DNA of 61,150 nucleotides, the filler included, from Nemertoderma westbladi (Eukaryota > Animalia > Xenacoelomorpha), in NCBI GenBank assembly GCA_032718475.1. It is 3 parts of 3 records of this genome, joined end to end, with 100 filler letters (N's around TTAATTAATTAA, not from the genome) between each part and the next. Parts side by side here need not be neighbours in the genome. Positions count along the whole stretch, not along the records: positions 1 to 19,663 come from JAUCBJ010008419.1; 2 more parts are not named here. One strand, given 5' to 3'. Numbering within the stretch: the stretch's first letter is position 1; every line of letters begins with the position of its first letter. Below the pieces are notes generated by a model, which worked only from the letters and a program-made list of their open reading frames with translations, searched no databases and was not told the origin of the DNA. Position numbers and translations under genes: made by a program. This document shows positions 1 through 12,460 of the stretch, piece by piece.

Positions 1-619
1 TTCCCTGTCTGCCTGTAACCCCTGCAGCCCTGAGCAACTAACTGACTAACCTTAACCCAGTAACCTAAATAACAAATCAAATAAAAAATTGGCTAGTCCT
101 ACCCCATCCCACAAGCTATACAGTAGTCTGTAATATAGAACGCTAGGAAGACTTCAGGACTGCCAGGCAATCAGGTCACTGTCCAACTGTATAAAATACA
201 AAATAATAATACGAAAACCAGTTCGCACTTCACTTCACAGTATACCGTCCATTAGACAGTCAGAACCAGATAATAGGCTGAGGGCGATGGGGCGGGAGGG
301 CCCTGAAACCGCATTGTACCGATAATAGAACTACATGACTTTACGGCAATTCATTAATTATCTCCATCCTTAGGTATTGTTAGTACCGGTAAGTTTCAAC
401 GACACTGCTACAAGACTGAAATGAAATGAAATGAAACTGAAATAAGGTAAACTGATAAATATATGTAGGCCTACCGGTCCCGGTATAGCAGTATTGTGCA
501 CCATCTTGATGACATTGCGGCTATGGAACCATTTTTTATTAAGTTCTTGGTTGGGCATTTATTTATATCCTACATATATATTCGGGGTTACTGGGATACA
601 TTATACTGCATAAGTATCA

Positions 620-830
620 TTGTTGCTCGTTGTTGTACTTTATTATTGCTCGTTATTGCTCATTGTTGCTCGTTATTGCTCATTATTGCTCGTTATTGCT
701 CATTGTTGCTAGTTATTGCTCATTAATTGGTGCTCCTTGTTGCACATTGGTGCTCGTTGTTGCTCATTGTTGTTTGTTGTTGCTCATTGTTGCTCATTGT
801 TGCTCGTTGCTGGTCATTGTTGCTCGTTGT
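620..830. repeat. 10-bp microsatellite-like repeat (TTGCTC(A/G)TT(A/G))n
   Basis: Tandem tgctcattgt/tgctcgttat units; these explain the spurious Cys/Leu-rich ORFs at 496-955. Confidence 0.9.
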
Positions 831-1334
831 ACATTTTAGCACTTACCATTACAGTCACTAAAAAGTTTTCTAAATACAAAATACAGTATGTGAGCACATC
901 TTCCTGCATACATCAATGCCTTGAAAATCAAATTTTTCGCCATATACTATATTAGAACACTGTGGGGGGGGGGGGGGGGGGGGGATATAATAATTGCTTT
1001 GCAGTGCCAATGGGAGCAAAATCGCTACATGTAACTTTTAAAAGCACATACTGTATATCAGCATCAAAGAAATATCTCAAAGAAATCCTCAAAGAAATTC
1101 AGAGCATAGCCAGCTTCCCATCAGTGTCAGCTTCCCATCAGTACCAGTAAAGCTATAGAAAGTTATAAGGTTGAAGAATAACTGCGCGCTGTGGGACCAG
1201 TGCAATTTCGACTTTTTAAACACTTTATAAACGCTTGTACTGTAGTTAAAGATTGTAAGCAAAAATTACAATTCTGGCAGACCCCGTAGGATTACTGTAA
1301 CTACTTATTCCCATAAAACAGTCTGTTTCCTGTG

Positions 1335-1450
1335 GCGGTAGTTGGGTGGAAGTTGGGTGTAGTTGGGTGGAAGTTGGGTGTAATTGGGTGGAAGTTGGGT
1401 GTAGTTGGGTGGAAGTTGGGTGTGTAAGTTGAGTGAAATTGGGTGTAGTA
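1335..1450. repeat. G-rich tandem repeat (AGTTGGGTGT/AGTTGGGTGGA)n, copy 1
   Basis: Alternating 10/11-bp units; the same repeat recurs at ~2085-2270 and ~4260-4477. Confidence 0.9.
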
Positions 1451-1580
1451 CAGTAGGTAATCAACAAGTACTTAAAAAAAGTATAAAGGCACATTCATAA
1501 AGGATAATTATAATATTTTATTGTTAAATTTCTGAATTACTTAACGCTCGTCCTTGGACAAGCCGTAAATAGATAGATGG

Positions 1581-1815
1581 ATTATTTGCGGCTCGTCCAT
1601 AGACGAGCGTTAAGTAATCAAGAAATTTAACAATAAAACAACATAATATGTTGTTTTATTGTTAAATTTCTTGATTACTTAACGCTCGTCTATGGACGAG
1701 CCGCAAATAATATTAAAACGAGGGACCGAAGTGAGATAAAAGTACATTATACACTATAATATTATTATAGTGTATAATGTACTTTTATCTCACTTCGGTC
1801 CCTCGTTTTAATATT
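1581..1815. repeat. Two abutting perfect palindromes (1581-1711 and 1709-1815)
   Basis: Arms of 65 bp and 53 bp are exact reverse complements around single central bases (1646 and 1762). An imperfect copy of one arm lies at ~1517-1571. Confidence 0.9.
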
Positions 1816-2084
1816 TCACTAACTCGAATATGATAATGACTCGAAATAAATTTTCCAGTATTTACTAATTATCATAGTGGGTTAAGGCTCGCCTTTACTA
1901 CAAACGTGGCTCGCATGTTCTCGCTGTTATGCCTCAGAACTAAACATTAGATATATTGTACTGTATGTCCTACTCATCTTCACATCCAAAAAAGCGACGT
2001 AGATTAGGATTTGTATGGTTTTTGACAATTTTATAATTTGCTTTATAATTTTTTATTTTCAAAAATCCTGACCTGCGAGAAAGT

Positions 2085-2270
2085 GGTGAAAGGTAAGTGT
2101 AGTTGGGTGGAAGTGAGACAATGTTGAGAGTACTGTAGTTGGGTGATAGTTGGGTGGAGAATTGGGTGTAGTTGGGTGAAAGTTGGGTGTTGTTGGGGGT
2201 AGTTGGGTGAGAGTTGGGTGGAAGTGGAGTGTAGTTGGGTGAAAGTGAGTCAAAGTTGAGTGTAGTTGGT
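2085..2270. repeat. G-rich AGTTGGGTG tandem repeat, copy 2
   Basis: Same unit as 1335-1450. Confidence 0.9.
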
Positions 2271-2569
2271 TGGAGAGTTTGGTGTTCTGTGGGACGAGTC
2301 ACGCAGTCAGGGCAAGCCTTAGCGCACAATTGCAATTAGTAAAAATAGGGCAGAATTTCATCTCCAGTCGGTCGTTCTGTCCGCTTGTCTGTCTGTAATG
2401 AAAAATTCATTTGTAAGTTACTTTTGAAGATTTTCGCCAACTGATCCACATTAAAGCCCGATGAGAAACCCCACTTGGGATCCGACTGTGTAGCAACATA
2501 CCAAAAGTGTGTGACATATTATTCATTCACATGTGAGAATTTAGCTTGGAAACCTCAATGTTGATCAGA

Positions 2570-3043
2570 TAGACTTTGCTGATGACTTAGGAGTACTCTC
2601 AGAATCATTAGAGGGAACCCAACGACTCCTCAGCTTATTAGAACATTCTGTTTCTAGTGTTGGTCATTTTATTACCTCCATTTTGACACTTAACTTTGAA
2701 AGTCCTCAGCAAGTCTCTGATCGGATGAGCATAAGCTCAAAGGATGGTATGCTTGAGCATGTGGATGACTTCTGTTACCTGGGATCATGGATCCGGAAGT
2801 CAGGTGAGGACCTTCGAATACGTAAGGGAAAGGCATGGGCAGCCTTGAATAGGCTTTCCAGGATTTGGAAGTCACCGAGAATTAATCGGAAACTCAAGGT
2901 CCGATTATTTAGAGCAACAGTAGTTCCAGTACTCCTCTACGGGAGTCCATGCTGGGCTCTAACTGCTGAGGACACCAAATCTCTGGATGGCACATTCACA
3001 AGAATGCTACGCCGGGTTCATTGTGTCAAGTACAATGCACACA
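2570..3043 (+). mobile_element. Internal fragment of RTE-type LINE reverse transcriptase
   Basis: Near-identical to part of the 12497-13894 RT ORF (DFADD...YLGSWI...LLYGS). Flanked by a 27-bp direct repeat at 2541-2567 and 3044-3070. Confidence 0.9.
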
Positions 3044-4259
3044 TTAGTTTGGAAACCTCAATGTTGATCACATGAGGATTTTCGAATGGGTGGAATGTCT
3101 GAAAGATTAAATACACTTCTCCCATTTCGTTGTTTGTAATAAAATAAACTGAATATTGTCATATCCTACTGTACATATACTGTACAGTATGTACTAGTGA
3201 CCACAAGCCGCGTCTATATGATTACGTTGATCAACGTCTGCAATTCTCTACCCTAGTGTGATGAATTATTATTTCTACTACTGTAAGATCTGTAATGTAT
3301 AACGATCTTATCGATTCTCATACTGTAGAGATCTTGTCCATTTCTGGCAACGCCTTTATGTGAAGATCATAATAAGTTCCTTGCAGAAATTCCCTTGACC
3401 TGTACAGATCTTACCAGATCCCCTTTTAGTTTATCAAAAATGTAAAATGTTCTAAAATTATTGCTGTTGTTTCGTTAAAAATTAATTAATATAAAGGCCA
3501 TAAAGTTTGCCCATGTGAATAATACCAGGATTTCACTTTTCGGTTGACATTTTATTGGAATTTTATGTATGAAAATTTTTTATTTTTTTTTAATTTATCT
3601 TTTTGATACGTTTCGTTTTGATACGGCTAAATTTCGTTTATTGTTTTGGTTAGATTCAGCCCTTTTGTAACCTGTGATTTTAATGAAAACCTGGGATTCT
3701 TTACATGGGGGCAACTGCAAAGTGAAATATATAACGGCAGAAAGTGTTTACATGGGCACAAGATTAAAATAAAGCTGCTGAAAATAATGTTACAGTTCTT
3801 TTTCTTGTATTCTATAATACATAAAGGATAATTACATTATTATAATTGCATTAAACATACTGTATAATATAGAACTTATGTCCATTAACTTTGTACGAAT
3901 TATCTGCATTGCTATTCCCATAACAGAAGTTTCCAATGCGATTTCGTCGTTAAGGCTGTGACGGTGACCCCCCTGTGTATCAATACCGTTTTCATTTTCA
4001 CCACAATCCCACAGCGCCAGTTTAGTTTTATACTGTAGCTTGGATCGTTCGTCAATAGTCTCTGCGTCTCTCCTTTGTATATTTATTGCTAAATTCATCA
4101 ATTATTCTAGAACCAACCTGCAATAAATATAAAACGTTAGTTTATTATTTTCATAATTGCTCAGCAGTGGGGGCAACATACAGTACATGAAACATTTAAA
4201 AGCTCATATCTCAGCAATTCCTCGAAGAGTTTGTTACTGTACATATTGTAATTTGTGGA

Positions 4260-4477
4260 AGTTTGGTGCCATACAGTAGGTATAGTTTGGTGTAAGTTGG
4301 ATGCAGAGTGGAAGTGGAAGTGCAGTGGAAGTTGGGTGTAGTGGGGTGGAACTGTGTGGGTGTAGTTGGCTGAAAGTTGGGTGTAGTTGGGTGAAAGTTG
4401 GGTGAAAGTTGGGTGTAGTTGGGTGTAGTTGGGTGTAGTTGGGTGAAAGTTGGGTGTAGTTGGGTGTAGTTGGGTGT
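4260..4477. repeat. G-rich AGTTGGGTG tandem repeat, copy 3
   Basis: Same unit as above, about 1 kb upstream of the ATRX start codon. Confidence 0.9.
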
Positions 4478-4489
4478 TTAGGCTGACCG

Positions 4490-4930
4490 CAATATTACCC
4501 AAAAATAATACCCAAAAAGACAAAAAAAATGTTTTTCATAAACAATGTAGGCCTATCTACAATAAGATTTAGGTTAATTGTAAGAAGAGTTTCACTTTTA
4601 AATTTTCACTTTTTTCAAAATATTAGGCCTACATTTTGTTCATTTGAAGATTCCTTTAACAGTTTAATGACCTACTGCCACCGGTTTACCGGCTGACCGG
4701 TAAACCTACCCACCCATACTGCCATACTGCCAGACAGCATACAAAATCAGAGTTCTTACAGTCTTAATTAATGGAAAGGAGCAGGTTACAGTAGCAAGCC
4801 TTTCCTTTCTAACCAAAACAATAAACAATAGCCAAAGAACACAGGTTACCGTTACAGTCTTATTTTTCCAACCCTATAGGATATAAATTATTTTTGTCTT
4901 TTTGAGTAAGTTTTTTGGGTAATACTGTAA
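4490..4930. mobile_element. Possible MITE (imperfect ~40-bp inverted repeats)
   Basis: caatattacccaaaaataatacccaaaaagacaaaaa (~4490-4530) is an imperfect reverse complement of tttttgtctttttgagtaagttttttgggtaatactg (~4890-4928). No clear TSD. Confidence 0.4.
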
Positions 4931-5428
4931 TATTGTGTTTTTTGGTATTTTTTTGTGTATTTTCGGTAATTTTGTGTTTTTTTGGGTAATTCGTAGGACC
5001 ATAGCAGATAGGCTGATAGATAGTGGATAGGCCTGCAGGCCTAGCACCTAGCTGCCTAGGCAATTAGGCATTCTTATTAACTTCATAACAACAGTAACAA
5101 CACACTCACACTTACAACCACTTACAGGCTTACAGACTTCTGGACTTAACTGCTTATCACTGCTGCAGCTGCACTGTAACATTAACAGTCCCAGTCCTTA
5201 AACCGTAAACTTCGGAAAAGAAGAAAAACAGATCAGTTACCGTGTTCTCAGCTCACAGAACAAGAACACAGACCTGCAGTCTGCAGACCACAAACCGACA
5301 GAAATCGACAAGTTAAAACTGTAGAACGAACTTACCAGATCCGAAGCGGGCGGGCAGACGGGATCTCAATCAGTCAATAGACAGATAGGCCTACCGGCAG
5401 ACCGGTACCTACCGTTCTGAGATAGAAC

Positions 5429-6542
5429 ATGTCGAGAAGGAAACCCGCTATTGTGAAACGAATTCTACCGGAATCGATTGATTTTAGTGAGGATGACGAC
5501 GTGTTAATCGTCCCATCTTCAACGTACACTGAGGAATGCAATGATATTGATAAACGCAATGAAGTAAAGGTGGTTTCCAATAGCGTTACTAATGAGAAGG
5601 AAGAAATTATTCCTTGCGATGTGGTAACAATTTATCAAGAGCCTGTCATTAATAAGCCAAATGTGGTAAAGAAGTCAATAAAATCAAATTTGGTTGACGA
5701 TGCCGTGCAGTTCCATTGCACCGCCTGTGGTGATCAAATCAATCCGGAAAGCACCCGAAATCTGTGCAGTCATCCTCTCCTTAAAGTTCTTCTCTGTCGA
5801 AAGTGTTTTCGTTTTTGCACATCCGGAAAGTTTTACAAAGATTCCGATGGTAATGAGAACCATTGTCGGTGGTGCGGCGATGGCGGCAACTTAATCTGCT
5901 GCGATTTGTGTCCTCGGGTTTTCTGTAAGTCGTGTATTCGACGTAACTTCGGTCGAAAAGAGGCTGAGCGCATCTTCTCGTCAGAACATTGGCTTTGCTT
6001 CCTGTGCAGCTCGGCGCCACTCGAACACCTCCGTGCTAAATGCCGTCTCGGTCTCGAACGTGCTGCATCCGACTCCGTACCGAAAGCCACCCCGCAGAAG
6101 TCGAAGTCACATGACGAACCATCTGTAGCGGACGGATTGATTGCGGAAATGGACAGTTTCCGCACGAAACTGGATGCATTGGGTCGGGAGGAGGTTGAGG
6201 ATGATGACGTTAAAAAACTAGTCTTGGTTGCCGAATTGATAGCGGGGTCAGCTCGAAACTTAAACCCGTCGTTGTTCCCGCCCACCTCGAGTAAGGGTGT
6301 TCCCCCAACCGGGGCGTGGGACGACCCCCCAACCGAGGCGCTACGCTATCTCGATCGTATGATGGTGGACCGCGGTCTCGTCAGTGGCGACGAGACAGAT
6401 TCGGAACTGTCGGGGTTCTCCTCCAACGATGGAGGCGTTTCGGTGCCCAACGGGGTTAAAGAGGAGGATTGCGGCAGTGATTCCAGTTCTACGGAGGAAA
6501 CGCCTGGGCCTAGTAGGAGAGAAAGACGCAAAAAGATACAAA
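5429..6542 (+). CDS. ATRX: ATRX exon 1 (ADD domain: GATA-like plus PHD zinc fingers)
   Basis: CTACG...HPLLKVLLCRKC...CRWCGDGGNLICCDLCPRVFCKSCIRRNFG...WLCFLC is the ATRX/DNMT3 ADD pattern. Donor GTAAGA at 6543 gives phase 1. Confidence 0.9.
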
Positions 6543-7766
6543 GTAAGAAAGTTTAATATAGATTGGGGTGGTTGATTGGTGGATTACACTTGTAGGAACA
6601 CACCTTGAATTGGCATTTGGGATTGGTTAATGAATTTGAACCACATTGGACGTTGAAAACATGTAAGGAATGGCGAGAAGGGTCGAACTAGTGTAAGGGT
6701 TTTATACTCACTTGACAGTTAGAAAGTATTCCTGTAAGGAATGGTAACAGTATACACACTACACAGTATTAATTAATAATAGTGGAAATAATATTGTTTA
6801 AGAAATCGTTTTATAGACCAATTTCTCGTTGAATTGTCAGATAGAATAGATTGTAATAATAATTAATAATAAATAATAACTTTTTTAAATAATTTTTTTT
6901 ATAGTAATATTGAAATACATGCCTGTAGCATCTTGATGTCGACCCAGCGTTACGCCGTGCCTTTCACTCAGCGTCTATGGGGTCATACTCAACCTAAAAG
7001 TGCTTTTAATTTAAAGTGCAGAGGAGACCTAACGACAAACATATAAAGTACAGAAAATACAATAAAATAAAGCAAATTATGGTATATTTCAACCACAGTT
7101 TATTCCACGTCTGTACTATAAGTGCCTTTAATTTTGATTTATTTATTATCCATTATTTATCTTTAATAAATAGTTTTAAGTTGAATTTAGTTTATTTTTA
7201 GTTTTAGTTTTTATGTTTTAATTAATTTATTTCATTGTACAATTTTAATCAATTTTAATCCATGTGGATATAATAAAAGTCACAACAACAAACGATATTG
7301 CATTTTTAATTTCCTTCACTCATTCATTTGAAATTCATATTTAAAAGCATTTAACAATTCGTAAGCAAAGCTCCAATGAATCCTTGATTTCTCTAAAGAT
7401 CTTTAGAATTTGGTCGATTTGCATTCACGTTTCTCGATTGGTTTTATGGCGCTTTTTAGCGCGTCAAGTTCTTATCAGTATATACCATTAGGTCGGCCAG
7501 CAGGCATCCGTTTACTCTTATCACTTTACTTCTTTAATTCTTGTAAGGTTATGTTTACTTCTCGTCAACGCACTAGTGCAGTACGAATCGCAGACAGACT
7601 ATTCCTAACCTTGGCCTGCACTTGAACGCTGTGTAAGGAAGGTATCCCTAGTTGTAGTCACATGTTCCAGTCGTTTTAGCATAAGCTTACAACCCTGTAT
7701 AAACCACCAAATGTTCTACTGCCTAGGATAAAGTGACCTGCTAGTCGATTCTTCTAATACTGTTGG

Positions 7767-8526
7767 CAGGGGTAGCATAACGAAACAAAACGGAAGACAT
7801 TTCAATTTCGTTTCGTTTTCAAATATTCGTTTCGCTTTTACCAATCCGTTCAAATATTTGTTTCGTTTTTTATCAATCTATGTAACTTTCGTTTCGTTTC
7901 ATAGATTATAAATTCGTTTCGTTTTTTTCTAAAATTTTTGATTTTATCAAATAAAAGTTTTAAATATACCCCCCCCCCCCATCCCAACGTCTTATTGGTA
8001 TTGTAGTATAATTTTAGTACAATATAGTATATGATCGTAAGTACATTATAATTATATCAATATACAGGTGTTGACTCCCCCCAAAACTTGTTGTTTCATG
8101 TCTTACAGCCTTTGATTTCTAAAGGCCATACTGGTTCGTCGTTCAGGCAGGTTAAATTCCTAGCTATACCAGTTGTTAACAGTGGTATCACATATACCAC
8201 ATACCAGTGGTAATTTACTATCAGTATTGCCTTAGTGCCTTATTACAGTTCTACTGTAGTCCGTCCCTAGGCTCTTGCATTGCAATGGTGCCGGTAGGCT
8301 GGTAGCTAATAGATAAAGGTTGCTGTATTGTAGCAAATAATTTACTCTGTTTACATTAATTTCAACAATTATGGAGAATATCATTATCATTATTATTTAT
8401 AACTTTCAATTCTTTTAATATATTATTACATTTATCATCGTTATGATTAATTACCTTGTTATTTTAACGGACAAAACGAAACACTTATTATTTCGTTTTT
8501 AGTTTCGTTTTGTTATTCCATCACTA
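7767..8526. mobile_element. hAT-like non-autonomous element in ATRX intron 1
   Basis: Ends CAGGGGTAGCATAACGAAAC and (reverse complement) TAGTGATGGAATAACAAAACGAAAC, many subterminal CGAAAC/GTTTCG repeats, 8-bp flanks ACTGTTGG / ACTGGTGG (7 of 8 identical). Confidence 0.65.
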
Positions 8527-8982
8527 ACTGGTGGGTTGGTATATAAAATTGACATTATTTCACCACTTTTTCTACTCCTTACAGCGTTTGGAACACATTG
8601 TTTCTTTCTACCTGCCATCTAAGTGAAAAACCCTTAGAGTTACACTACAGTACCGGTAGTTCGGCCCCTCTCTCTATTCCTTACATGATTTCAACGTCCA
8701 ATCAAATAATAGTTAATTAACCAATTCAACCTACTAGTGTAAGGATTGGGAATACGCCGCCCGGACTACGGGCCAACCATTGCGTTTCCTGAAACTTATC
8801 TGGTCTTCGTATTGCATATTGCAGGAGATCACGAACTGTGTCGGTGTTACGTTGCGGGGGCGGTATGCATCCAGCGATGTGCCCGTTGAATGTATGTCTG
8901 GCAAACCGACCGACTTGGTCGGTTTTTGTTTATTTACATTTTTTGTTTATATTATATTATATATGTATATTTGCTTATATAG

Positions 8983-9416
8983 GAAATGTTGAAAATGAGA
9001 CAGATAGGACAGAAAGTTCTCGCGGTGGGATTTCTCGGAACTCAAGAGGAACTAAGGAAACCGCGAAACTGCCTGGCAACGATAAAGGTAAACCCGGTTC
9101 CGAGAAAAGGAACTCGAGAAAAGAGGCGGACAAAGGCGGCAAGGCAGATTCCGTTATGAGTGGTTCGGATTCCGTTGGGGATAAGAGATCCCTTTCAGAT
9201 GAAGATTCCGTTTCTGATATCGATAAGAAAATAGCGTCATTGGCTAAGTTACCCTCGCTGGGGAAGTCAAAGAATAATAAGAAACGCATTGGTGCCGATA
9301 CTAAGTCAGTGAAACAATCAAAGGATAAAGGACCCGAAGGGAGTGACATCGATCTGAGTTCATCCGATGCTGCTGGAGATGTTGAATCGGATACGGATAA
9401 TAACTTAGCTTTACCT
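8983..9416 (+). CDS. ATRX: ATRX exon 2 (charged, low-complexity linker)
   Basis: Acceptor ...ttatatAG at 8982 (phase 1 matches exon 1). S/D/K-rich open frame. Donor GTAAGT at 9417, phase 0. Confidence 0.8.
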
Positions 9417-9576
9417 GTAAGTTAATATGAATGATACCAGATTAAACAAATAAATTCGCACAAAAGCAATCCTGTGATTTTTGTAGTCACAAATTTCTGG
9501 TTCTCTTATTGTATCGATCTTAGGGACATTCGAACTGCTTTAAAGTATATAGGGTTTAGAATTATATGAAAATACA

Positions 9577-10260
9577 GGGCCAGTGTCCTTTAAGAGGCGT
9601 CTGTGTTGTCCACAATTCTCCATGAGGTAACCAAAGCACACAATCATGCACAGGCTGGTCTTCACTGCGAAAGCAACCGCGAGCTCTATCCGTTGACATT
9701 GAAAAGTTAACATCTCTCCGGAGGTCTTGAGTTCGACCCATTCGCGGAAGTGAGGAGGGTCATCGTAGTTTTGTTTCGGCCTTAAAGAGACAAGCCAGGG
9801 CGCATCTCTGCCTTCCATCCTTAAATGGTAGAAGCTACATGAGGACTAGTTTTCTCTGGGGGGGGGGGGGGGGGGGGGGGATGGGGGATAGGATTAGTTC
9901 TGGGGGGGACCGCACTGGAAATTACTCGTAAGACTTTGTGCGTAATCTCTGGCCTTACGGCTGAAGAAAACTTTACTTTACTTTACCAGTATATGCCATC
10001 CAGAGATTTGGTATCCTCAGCAGTTAGAGCCCAGCATGGACTCTTATTAGGAGTACTGGTTCTACTGCTGCACTAAATAGTTGAACCTTAAGTATCAGAC
10101 TTATCCTATGTGACTACCAAGAACCATATCATACAGGCAGCCCATTCAATGCTGCCCAAGCCTTCCCCTATTAGGTATACGTAGGTCTTCACCTGACCTC
10201 CGGATCCATGATCCCAGGTAGCAGAAGTCGTCCACATTCTCAAGCAAGCATTGAAGCAGC
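9577..10260 (-). mobile_element. Degenerate RTE LINE 3' fragments interrupted by a SINE
   Basis: ~9577-9690 and ~9990-10260 align by eye to 12590-13085 (e.g. ccatccagagatttggt.tcctcagcagttagagcccagcatg; ccggatccatgatcccaggta). Confidence 0.75.
9690..9987 (+). mobile_element. tRNA-derived SINE, copy 1
   Basis: B-box-like GAGTTCGACCC, core catctctgccttccatccttaaatggtag, gaccgcactggaaat and a (CTTTA)n tail, shared with the copies at 40.0 and 41.8 kb. Confidence 0.75.
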
Positions 10261-11289
10261 GCCGGCTTATTATTGACAATTTTATTTTCGCTCCCCAAGT
10301 TCCAACCCTTTTTTTAAACATACAGGATTTGTGGGCCAGTTAGCTGTTAGTCATAAACTAACCATTGATAAATCTACTAGTTACGTTTTCCAAGTATCTG
10401 CTAGTGGCCCAGAAGGCATAATCAATTGTCTTCCCGAACATTTTGAGGGCGGCCCCTGCCATGGTATGGTTGTAGCTTTTCGAATTACAAAAATTCGACT
10501 GAAACTCTTAAATATATACCTTGGCGCATGTTATGTTTTTTTCACTGAATAATCGTGCTGTGGGTTTTATAAAAAAAAAACAATTAGTTTATTTGGTGCT
10601 TTTTTAACTCTTTGGTTATTTTTCGAACATAATTTCATTAGTTTTTTCAATTATAATTAACTATAGGTTTTGAAAATAACCTAGAGTTAAAAATGCGCCA
10701 ATTAGACCTATGGTTTATTTATTTTTAAAGACAAAAAATGTTCAAACCACATGTTATTTTCTTTTTAGCACAATCCATTGTTTTTATTTTATAAAGTGTT
10801 TTCTTTAACCTTCTATTTCCCAACCCTCTTTAAATCTGAGTAAATTCGTTGAAATTTTTGAAACCGTTTCAAATCGAGTCAACTTAAACTTTGCAAAAAA
10901 AAATTTTTCATTGCGCCTGTTAGTTTTCTCAAAAAAGACCATATTTGGGAACATTGGCAGCACAGCAAATCCAATATATTTTATATAATAACAAAAATAA
11001 AAAGTTGTGTCTCAAAACATTAAAAACCACAAACAGACTCCAATTTTATAGACTTTTATACAATTTTATTGGTCTTGGGGCCGTCTTTCATGTCCCATTT
11101 GGGAACACTGGTGATGTTTTTTGGGTGAATTGAATTAGTAAATGATGGTGACGGATTTTGTTTGATTTTATTTAGTAAACAACTTAGGGAGATGCTTTGG
11201 TTGAAATTATATTTTACTATTAAGAACCAGGTCAGTCCCATTTGGGAATACATCTATTTTCGACATACAATACATGGGGATGGGAATAC

Positions 11290-11830
11290 ATCCAAACTGA
11301 GCCAACACGCCCAACTGCTCTCCATTAGATCTATTCTTGCATCCCGAGCCGAGCCAACACGCCCTACTGCATTCCATTAGATACGTTTTCACGTCCTGAG
11401 CCCAGCCAACTCGCCCTACTGCGCTCCATTAGATATATTCTCACGTCCTGAGCCCAGCCAACAAGCCCTACTGCGCACCATTAGATCTATTCTCGCGTCC
11501 TGAGCCGATCCAACATACCTTACTGCGCTCCATTAGATCTATTCTTGCATCCCGAGCCGAGCCAACACGCCCTACTGCGCTCCATTAGATATATTCTCAC
11601 GTCCTGGGCCCAGCCAACAAGCCCTACTGCGCTCCATTAGATCTATTCTCGCGTCCTGAGCCGATCCAACATACCTTACTGCGCTCCATTAGATCTATTC
11701 TTGCATCCCGAGCCGAGCCAACACGCCCTACTGCATTCCATTAGATACGTTTTCACGTCCTGAGCCCAGCCAACACGCCCTACTCCGCTCAATTAGACCT
11801 TATTCTCGCGTCCCGAACCGAGCCTATACA
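11290..11830. repeat. 52-bp minisatellite, about 10 copies
   Basis: Unit approx. ccattagatctattcttgcatcccgagccgagccaacacgccctactgcgct. Confidence 0.9.
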
Positions 11831-12460
11831 CCAAAAATTGTTCCCAAATGGGACAAAAAATTGCATAATAAGGTTTATTTCGGCTAAACATATTGCATTC
11901 GTCCTACCTACATCAATGGTCAAACAGTATTTGGTTCAATTTTACTATATTACTTTACAGCAGAAATACGTTCTCATATAGTGTTCCCAAATGGGACAAT
12001 AGCTGGTCGTTTTTGTTACAGTAGGACACAAATAGGGCCTACATATTCGTTATGTAATTTTAAATGATTTTTTTAGAATAATACATCGAGTAAAATTATT
12101 TTCAAATTTTCTATTTTCTCACCAGTGTTCCCAACTGGGAACATAAATTTTTAAAGGGAGTAATTTGGCACAAGATAGTCGTTTTTCTGAATTTTTTTTT
12201 CAAATAATAATAATTTATTATGAATGAATATTATGAATATGAATATTATTTAAAAACCTAATTTTAATGTCGCTACTGGTTTGGAATATCAAATTTGTAA
12301 CGTTTTTGACCAATATTGTTTGCATTTCCCAAAAATAGAAAAAATGATAATTTGCATAATTTGGCATGCCAAAAGAACAACTTGAAGTTTGAAAACACTT
12401 GAAGTTGAAAATTAAAAACAATATTCCATCTTCCTAAACATATTAACATTAAAAAAAGTA

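Noticed and set aside
962-985. Poly-G tracts (also ~9858, 14173, 20199, 25176, 27860) as functional elements
   Set aside because: Lengths differ between duplicate copies and homopolymers are error-prone; no supporting context.
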